Below, piece after piece: positions 47,801 through 54,203 of a stretch of DNA of 64,000 nucleotides; position 1 is the first letter of the stretch, and every line of letters starts with the position of its first letter. Below the pieces are notes generated by a model, which saw nothing but the letters and a program-made list of their open reading frames with translations, searched no databases and was not told the origin of the DNA. The translations under genes and the position numbers were made by a program. The DNA is from Chitinophaga pinensis (lineage in GTDB: Bacteria; Bacteroidota; Bacteroidia; Bacteroidales; GCA-2748055): positions 64,420 to 128,419 of the forward strand of contig CAMAZH010000001.1 of the NCBI GenBank assembly GCA_945863035.1, read 5' to 3'.

Positions 47801-47960
47801 TTTTTTCATCAATTGTCATTCGCGCTACCAGGTCATCAATTCGTTGATCTGATGAAAGGGCAGTGTTCTGATAGGGGGAATCATTTTGTGCATGAATGCT
47901 TAACGCGAAAGACAAAATGACAATATTCAAGGCGATTTTTTTTATAATAATTCTTTTCAT
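44844..47960 (-). CDS. GH3 beta-glycosidase with an inserted CBM6-like module and a C-terminal malectin-like domain
   Basis: Signal MKRIIIKKIALNIVILSFALSIHAQ. GH3 motifs: YWSEALHGVARW, VKHFVADNSEF, GFNGYVVSDCWAV (nucleophile Asp context). Inserted block: KDGDWLMFKDIDLANGTRAI..GIIEIRLDSKKGKLIGIVKV..GIHDIYFSVKG. C-terminal region: IRINAGGDYYVDNNNVEWMPDYGF..VFDVSVEGKKMISGLDI. Confidence 0.88.
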   Translation of the reverse strand: MKRIIIKKIALNIVILSFALSIHAQNDSPYQNTALSSDQRIDDLVARMTIDEKISQLHFDAVAIPRLGLKQWGYWSEALHGVARWKEATVFPQVIGLGSTWNPELIRKMANVIGVEARVFNNQSGKGLTYFSPTINLARDPRWGRTEEAYSEDPYLTARMGVSFVKGIQGNNPDYLQAVATVKHFVADNSEFQRSISSSFTDMRDLREYYMPAFEAAVKEAKSVSIMCTYRGLNGIPNCANKWLLNKVLRDEWGFNGYVVSDCWAVSDIVNRQYYVTENEKAVQLAIAAGTDLNCGDYYSKYLKSTFEKGYLKEEDIDLALKRVLKSRFMLGDLDPKENVPYRNYPDSLLNCSEHQNLALEIARESIVLMKNENNTLPLNKDKIKSIAVIGIKAEEPEYGGYTGFPNQAVTILQGIRYLTGAAQDGFQKLKAERFYQGSYITKIVDFSSFEKQNTSEDGRLHVLEIKDGDWLMFKDIDLANGTRAIQTIAACKGAGGIIEIRLDSKKGKLIGIVKVEDTGDMKNLKTITTSLKKSSGIHDIYFSVKGGDGILFNLESFVFIPEKENYTPTKTAVTVKYARGSNVIGNDISGFDEAIKIACESEQVIFVYGTDLTVANEGLDPANLNVPSIQRELLQRVYEVNPNVILVMAVGFPLIIDWEKENIPAIAGAWFAGQTQGTAVADVLFGNFNPGGKLPMTWYKSVDQLPPFTNYRHRLHNRTYLYFEDEVLFPFGFGLSYTKFEYSNINTSKETYNAHDTILLSLDLKNSGTVKGSEVVQLYYNDMESSVKTPLKKLIRFEKISLEPGETKTVSFSFPAKEMAFWDIKQNDFIVETGKFQLMAGSSSEDFRQMKEIFVTGKKYEQGIIRINAGGDYYVDNNNVEWMPDYGFDFGNHFITESTITGSSGNEIFQSCRKRCDTRTVAKIEYPNAEYLLNWQFTTCDTTKLYYYFEVLNGTYDVNLYFSELETDKDNERVFDVSVEGKKMISGLDIHKEAGFRKAHAKQLKNIEVTDGYINIAFDEIKGFPCVSGIEVIPVEN

Positions 47961-48588
47961 AAAATATGATTTCTTAAATTAAATAAGCACCATTTAATTC
48001 AATAGTGTTTCTTTCTCCAACATCGAAACAAAATTAGCTTTTATAAAACCTCGACTTGTTATCCTATTTGGGAATTGTTTTGCACAAAACAATTCGCTGT
48101 ATTGATTATAAATAAGAGAGAAGACTGAAGACATGGTAAATAAATTCTTTCATTTCATATCATGCAACGGCAATCATATGCGATCATTTATTAAAAACTG
48201 ATAGATTAGTTTGTCAATTTTGACACAAATTATTATAAAATGAAATTTTTGAATTTCATAAGGGTATCTAACGTTAGAGTCCTCAATATTAATTTGTTAA
48301 ATCAAATGCATATAAAAGGCGTTCAAAATTCTATTATCTTATATGACCTTGTAAAAGATAATAATTTATTTAATTTTGATAATTTAATTCTGTAATTCTA
48401 ATGAATCTTTGCAGTTAATTGAATTTTTTTTCAATCCAATATTTAGGAAACAATAAGTAAAATGTTTTTAAAGCGGCAGGAAATGAAGTTACTTAAATTC
48501 GAAAATAATTTTTGAAGTTGTTTCTTAGTTCCTTTTACAACAAATTCTATTCAGCCTGAAATAATAAATCTCGTAGCTTATTAATTTT

Positions 48589-51500
48589 ATGAATAGACAG
48601 AAAAAAACCAATCGGAGTTTTTCACTACATAATAATCTCACGATTATTCTCATTGCCCTTTCATGTTCCTTTCTACAGGAGACTTTCTCCCAGTCAAAAG
48701 ATATTAAGTTTCGCCGGTATACTGCTGATGATGGTTTAATGCATAACACTATTTGCTCTGTTGTACAGGATAAAAAGGGTTTTATATGGATTGGTACCGG
48801 GGGAGGTGGGTTATCAAAATTTGACGGAAGAAGTTTTACTAATTACAGCAATGAGAAAAATAAACAAGGAAGCCTGGGGGGAAATACTGTGTTTTCATTA
48901 TTACTCGACAGTCGGGGAGTGCTCTGGGCAGGTACCCTTGATGGCGGAGTAAGCAAATACATACCTGAAACGAATTCCTTTGTTGTTTTTAATCATTCAG
49001 ACAATAATCCTGGAACTATTGATAACGATTATGTCCGCACTCTTTTCGAGGATAGCGAAGGAACGATATACATAGGCACATTAACAGGACTTAATTTGCT
49101 CGATCCGGTAAGTGGTAAAATTACCAGGGTTAATTGCAGAGAGCAAGGACAGATTTTTTCAATCATTGAAAATGATAAAAAGCAAATTATTATCGGTTCC
49201 AACATGGGCTTACTTTACCTTGATAAAAAATTAAATGAACTTATTCCTTATTCATTTTCAGATAAAAAATTATCGGGGCTGGTTCAGGACATATTTCCTA
49301 TGATTCAGGATAGCAAAGGAAGCTACTGGCTTGGCACTAATAAAGGTCTTGTTAAAATTTCCGATCTTGATGAGGAAATCTACGAGCATTTCCCTTATGA
49401 TCCCATGAATCCTAATTCAATGCTGACTAATACGGATATCCGTGTTATACAGCAAGACAAGGAAGGGAAAATATGGATAGGGAGTGATAAGGGCCTTAGT
49501 TATCTGGATCCTGTTACAACTGATTTCCGACATTATCAGAATAAGGTTGATGACCCGCTTAGCCTTAGTGATAATAGCATATATGATATTTTTATAGATA
49601 ATTCAAACAATTTCTGGATAGGGACAGCAAACAACGGGCTTAATTTCTTTACAACCCAGGATCCGAAATTTGAAATTTACCAGCATATTATCGGTGAGTC
49701 AAATTCTCTGAATAATAATATAATAAACTGCTTCGCAGAGTACAATGATATGCTCTACATCGGTACATTGGGGGGCGGGTTAAACTCGCTGAACAAGAGA
49801 ACAGGAAAGTATAAATTCTATACCTACGAAGGAAAGGATGTGAATTCAATTAGCAGTAATAATATTCCTGTGGTATATCTCGATCATGATAAAAAATTAT
49901 GGGTTGGTACTATGGATAATGGGTTAAACCTGTTTGATGAACAAACAGGAAGGTTCAAACGCTTTTTTGAAGGGTCAAGGGTGCTTTCCGTTATCGATGA
50001 TGATAATCCTGAATATCTGTGGATTGCCAATTTCACGCGTTTGATCAAAATGCATAAGAAGACAGGGAAATTTGTATCCTTTCAAAGCGGCCCCCAGGCA
50101 GATAGCCTGAATCCATTTCCAACACTTGTTTACAAAACCTCTGATAAAAGATTGTGGATCGGGAATAACGATAAAACCGGGTTGGCCTGGTTTGACGAAT
50201 TAAATAAGCGGTTTGTCAATTATAGTAATATAAAATCAGATACCAATAGTCTGAGTAACGATGCAGTTATATCAATGTGGGAAGATATTGATGACCATCA
50301 ATTATGGATTGGTACAAAAGACGGCCTGAATACATTCGATTATCTTAATAACAGGTTTAAATTATATACAACTAACAATGGCTTGCCATCCAACAATATT
50401 TCCGGAATAATCCAGGATAACCAGGGAAATATCTGGATTAGCACTCATCATGGACTCTCCTGTTTTAATAAATCCACCGGAGAATTTAAGAATTACTCGA
50501 AAGAAGACGGACTGCAGGGAGTCGAATTCAGTTTAAATGCTTGTTTCAAAGCAGATGACGGGAAACTTTATTTTGGCGGAAAGAATGGTTTTAACACTTT
50601 TTATCCGGAGAATATTAAAATTGATTCTGTTGTTTCTCCTATTGTATTTACGGGTTTTTACATTAACAATCAACCAGCCAGCTTTGGAGGAAAGGACTCT
50701 GTTCTGAGGTATCACATTACTGAAACAAAAGAAATTACATTACTTTATAAACAGCGTTCATTCAGCATTGAATTTGTCGCTTTGAATTTTCTGGCTCCAA
50801 ACAGCAGCAGGTATGCATATAAACTTGAAGGGTTCAATGAAGACTGGCTGGAAGATCAGTCTTCAAACAAAGCTGTTTTCACAAACGTGCCTGCAGGCGA
50901 ATATGTTTTTCTCGCTAAATCATCAAATGGTGACGGAATATATAACGAAAAACCTATTAAGCTCAATATTTCTGTTCTTCCCCCTGTATGGAAAACAATC
51001 TGGGCTTACGGGTTATATTCACTTGTAATTATTCTGACTCTCGGTCTTTTTGCAAAATACCTTAATGATACAGCTTCAAAGAAACAAAGAATTAAAATTC
51101 AAAAACTTAATGATCAGAAAGAGAAGGAAATTGCTCATCTGAAAATTGAGTTTTTCACCAATATTGCCCACGAGATCAGGACCCCGCTGACCTTAATTAG
51201 TGGCCCACTAGAACGATTAATCAAATCCGGAAACAATTCTGCTGAAATTCAGGAAGAATATGAGCTCATGCATAAGAACACCCGTCATTTAATGAAACTT
51301 GTTAATCAGTTAATGAATTTCAGGAAAATTGAGGATAATAAATACACCCTTAACTATAGCAGAGTTAATATTGTAGAAATTCTCAGGGAATTATATACCA
51401 GGTTTACGCCATTGGCAAGACAGAAAAATCTGGATTTCCATTTCGTATCTGATTTTGAGTTTATTGAAATCACACTGGATTATGAATTGCTTATCAGCGC

Positions 51501-52722
51501 AGTAAGCAATCTTTTGACAAATGCCTTTAAATTTACCAAATCAACAATTGAATTATCACTTACGAAATCAGTTGATGGTATCGCCGGTACATTTGTAAAT
51601 AATTCAGTATTGATCAGCGTCAGGGATGATGGTTTGGGAATTCCACAGGAAAAGTTGAAAATGATTTTTGATCCTTTCTTCCAGATTAAGGATAGAAAAG
51701 AAGAAAATCCGTCTTTTTCAGGAATTGGCCTGGGTTTATCCTATACCAAATCAATTGTGGAATTGCATGCTGGAATATTGCGCGTGGAATCTACACCTGG
51801 ATTTGGATCGAAGTTCACTATTGAATTGCCTGACAAAAATATTGAGGCAGTACCAAATCAATCCTTCGGATTGAATATCCATAATGATATTAATGAATTT
51901 GTGACAGACCTTATTCTTAATGGTTCAGATAACAAAGAAAATGGCTCCAGGGGTGTTTTTCTTACATCTGCTCATTCAGAAATCCTGATTGTTGAGGATA
52001 ACGATGATCTACGCATGTTTTTATCCAAACAGCTCCAGAGAGAATATATAATTCACCTTGCAGAGAATGGCTTAAAGGCACTTGAAATTCTGAAAAAACG
52101 TGAAATTGAACTCATCATTACAGATGTAATGATGCCTGAAATGGATGGGATTGAATTATGCAAACAGGTTAAAAATACTTTTGAAACCAGCCATATTCCT
52201 TTAATTATCCTTACGGCTAAAGCAACAATAGATTCCAAAGTTGAGGGAACAGAAACCGGCGCAGATGCCTATGTTGAAAAACCGTTTTCATTTGAGTATC
52301 TCTCTGCTTTGATTAAGAACCTGATCGAAAACAGGGCAAAGCTAAAAGCAAAGTTTATGCAGCAACCTTTATCAAATCCGATTGAAATCGCTAGTTCAAA
52401 AGCAGATGAAAAATTCCTGAATACAATCCATGAATTAATTATGGCAAACCTCAGCAATCCGGATTTTTCGATAGACGAGCTGGCACAGTCAATTTCTATA
52501 AGCCGTTCAGGTTTCCATAAAAAGCTGAAAGGCATTTCCGGGCTCACTCCAAATGATTATATAAAACTTATCCGTCTTAAAAAAGCAGCAGAACTCTTAA
52601 AAGAAGGTCAATTGAGAGTAAACGAGATTTGCGATATGGTCGGCTTTAATTCTCCTTCATATTTTTCCAAGTGCTTCCAGGAGCAATTTGGCATGCTTCC
52701 CAGTGATTTTGCCAGAATGTAA
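48589..52722 (+). CDS. Hybrid two-component system sensor kinase/response regulator with AraC-type output (second HTCS)
   Basis: Propeller-type sensor repeats: FIWIGTGGGGLSKF, LWAGTLDGGVSKY, YWLGTNKGLVKI, IWIGSDKGLSYL, FWIGTANNGLNFF. TM segment IWAYGLYSLVIILTLGLF. H-box FFTNIAHEIRTPLTLISG. HATPase: VRDDGLGIP..GIGLGLSYTKSIV. Receiver: ILIVEDNDDL..LIITDVMMPEMDGIEL..VEKPFS. AraC HTH: SRSGFHKKLKGISGLTPNDY..SPSYFSKCFQEQFGMLPSDF. Confidence 0.92.
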   Translation: MNRQKKTNRSFSLHNNLTIILIALSCSFLQETFSQSKDIKFRRYTADDGLMHNTICSVVQDKKGFIWIGTGGGGLSKFDGRSFTNYSNEKNKQGSLGGNTVFSLLLDSRGVLWAGTLDGGVSKYIPETNSFVVFNHSDNNPGTIDNDYVRTLFEDSEGTIYIGTLTGLNLLDPVSGKITRVNCREQGQIFSIIENDKKQIIIGSNMGLLYLDKKLNELIPYSFSDKKLSGLVQDIFPMIQDSKGSYWLGTNKGLVKISDLDEEIYEHFPYDPMNPNSMLTNTDIRVIQQDKEGKIWIGSDKGLSYLDPVTTDFRHYQNKVDDPLSLSDNSIYDIFIDNSNNFWIGTANNGLNFFTTQDPKFEIYQHIIGESNSLNNNIINCFAEYNDMLYIGTLGGGLNSLNKRTGKYKFYTYEGKDVNSISSNNIPVVYLDHDKKLWVGTMDNGLNLFDEQTGRFKRFFEGSRVLSVIDDDNPEYLWIANFTRLIKMHKKTGKFVSFQSGPQADSLNPFPTLVYKTSDKRLWIGNNDKTGLAWFDELNKRFVNYSNIKSDTNSLSNDAVISMWEDIDDHQLWIGTKDGLNTFDYLNNRFKLYTTNNGLPSNNISGIIQDNQGNIWISTHHGLSCFNKSTGEFKNYSKEDGLQGVEFSLNACFKADDGKLYFGGKNGFNTFYPENIKIDSVVSPIVFTGFYINNQPASFGGKDSVLRYHITETKEITLLYKQRSFSIEFVALNFLAPNSSRYAYKLEGFNEDWLEDQSSNKAVFTNVPAGEYVFLAKSSNGDGIYNEKPIKLNISVLPPVWKTIWAYGLYSLVIILTLGLFAKYLNDTASKKQRIKIQKLNDQKEKEIAHLKIEFFTNIAHEIRTPLTLISGPLERLIKSGNNSAEIQEEYELMHKNTRHLMKLVNQLMNFRKIEDNKYTLNYSRVNIVEILRELYTRFTPLARQKNLDFHFVSDFEFIEITLDYELLISAVSNLLTNAFKFTKSTIELSLTKSVDGIAGTFVNNSVLISVRDDGLGIPQEKLKMIFDPFFQIKDRKEENPSFSGIGLGLSYTKSIVELHAGILRVESTPGFGSKFTIELPDKNIEAVPNQSFGLNIHNDINEFVTDLILNGSDNKENGSRGVFLTSAHSEILIVEDNDDLRMFLSKQLQREYIIHLAENGLKALEILKKREIELIITDVMMPEMDGIELCKQVKNTFETSHIPLIILTAKATIDSKVEGTETGADAYVEKPFSFEYLSALIKNLIENRAKLKAKFMQQPLSNPIEIASSKADEKFLNTIHELIMANLSNPDFSIDELAQSISISRSGFHKKLKGISGLTPNDYIKLIRLKKAAELLKEGQLRVNEICDMVGFNSPSYFSKCFQEQFGMLPSDFARM

Positions 52723-53138
52723 CTGAAACCTTTCTTTCCTTCACTCTTGGGCCAGATAACCATTTTCCTTTATGGTTATGGCTTTCGGGTCAAGCCTTAT
52801 GATTCGGAAATTTGAATTTAAACCATGCAAAGTGTGGACCGAAACAGGTTCGGATAAATGCTGGTCTATTCTTTATTCTTTCGTTTTTGTGATGCATGTT
52901 CCAATATTTTATCATTTTTTAGAGAATTATTGCATTTTTTCCAAACATTTTGCATGGATTTGCAATATTGTTTTATGCTTTTATCTATGCTCTGCCCTAA
53001 CTTTAATTAAAGTTTAATTCACACTGCATGCGATTTTTTTTAACTAATAAGGAAAAAATTATTCCGGTTTTAATAGGACTTATCATTTTGGTTATGGTTT
53101 TATTCCTTATCGTTATAACCTAGTTTAACACATAAAAA

Positions 53139-54080
53139 ATGGATAGTTTCTTTAAATATCTTACACCTGCAAGAGAAGATGAAAAATGGGGACTATTTTT
53201 AAAGGTTGCCGGACGAGAGGTTATTTCTCAAAAAGCCAAATACCCTACCAATACACACCCTAACAATTACTTCTTTATTTGGGATAACGGTAGGGTACTG
53301 AATGAATTCCAGATTAATTATATTACAAAAGGTTCTGGAGTATATGAAGATGCTTCAGGAAAATATGCAGTGAGACAGGGATCAATCCTGATAACTAAAC
53401 CTGGCGTATGGCATAGGTACCGTCCGGATTTCAGAACAGGATGGACTGAGAATTACATTGGATTTGATGGTTCCATTGCAAAGGCACTCATTATGAATCC
53501 TATGTTTTTTGACAATAAGCCTATAATACATATAGGAGAGCGTGAAGAATTCGTTGACACCTATCAAAAGCTTTACGATTACATTTTGGAAGAAAAGCCA
53601 GGTTATCAGCAAGTTTCTGCAGGAATGATTATGAAGTTGTTGGGCTATATTGTTTCGTGCAAAAAACAAGGATCCTTTTCCGGAAAAAGAATCGAAAAAA
53701 TCATACAGGAGGTTTGCTTTTACATCCGTGAAAACCTGGAAAAGGATTTGGATTTTAAGAAGATCGCAGATGATCATAACCTTGGATATTCATATTTCAG
53801 AAAAATGTTTAAGAAATACACAGGAGTTCCTCCTGTAAAATATCATCTTGATCTGAAATTAATCCGGGCAAAAGAAATGATTCTCTCCTCAAATAAAATT
53901 ATTAAAGAAATTAGCTATGATCTTGGATTTCAGTCCATTTATTATTTCAGCAGGGCTTTTAAGAATAAGATGGGGGTTTCTCCTATCGAAATCAGGCAGT
54001 GTCAGAAAAGTATCGAAAGCGAGAAGATAAGAAACGCTACCTACCATGAAAAGTTGCCTTTGGAAATGGAATGGGTGTAA
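53139..54080 (+). CDS. AraC-family transcriptional regulator (cupin-like sensor domain plus HTH)
   Basis: The N-terminal cupin-like block is FQINYITKGSGVYEDASGKYAVRQGSILITKPGVWHRYRP. The C-terminal AraC HTH is LGYSYFRKMFKKYTGVPPVKYHLDLKLIRAKEMI..GFQSIYYFSRAFKNKMGVSPIEI. It sits 123 nt upstream of the second transporter gene on the same strand. Confidence 0.88.
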   Translation: MDSFFKYLTPAREDEKWGLFLKVAGREVISQKAKYPTNTHPNNYFFIWDNGRVLNEFQINYITKGSGVYEDASGKYAVRQGSILITKPGVWHRYRPDFRTGWTENYIGFDGSIAKALIMNPMFFDNKPIIHIGEREEFVDTYQKLYDYILEEKPGYQQVSAGMIMKLLGYIVSCKKQGSFSGKRIEKIIQEVCFYIRENLEKDLDFKKIADDHNLGYSYFRKMFKKYTGVPPVKYHLDLKLIRAKEMILSSNKIIKEISYDLGFQSIYYFSRAFKNKMGVSPIEIRQCQKSIESEKIRNATYHEKLPLEMEWV

Positions 54081-54203
54081 TATATTATAAGACCGTAATT
54101 GATGCCAAAAAATGTAAATGAAGTATCGTTTAGTGTATTGATAGAAGCATTCAACTAAAATAAATTTACAATCTTATATCTTAAACTACTAACTGGCAAA
54201 AAC

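Noticed and set aside
48525-48749. A 74-aa minus-strand ORF overlapping the start of the second HTCS gene.
   Set aside because: It is antisense to a well-supported gene and extends into an AT-rich promoter region. It has no supporting features.
52756-52779. Hairpin ataaccat-(8 nt)-atggttat, 34 nt downstream of the second HTCS stop.
   Set aside because: The stem is an AT-rich 8 bp with a weak trailing T-run (ggctttcggg). It is a possible terminator but too weak to list as a feature.
52772-53017. An 81-aa ORF in the intergenic region between the second HTCS and the AraC gene (MVMAFGSSLMIRKFEF...), superficially hydrophobic.
   Set aside because: It lies in very AT-rich DNA where random ORFs are common. 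Its composition is Cys/Phe-rich, and I see no recognisable motif or convincing ribosome-binding context. This is not enough support to call a gene.
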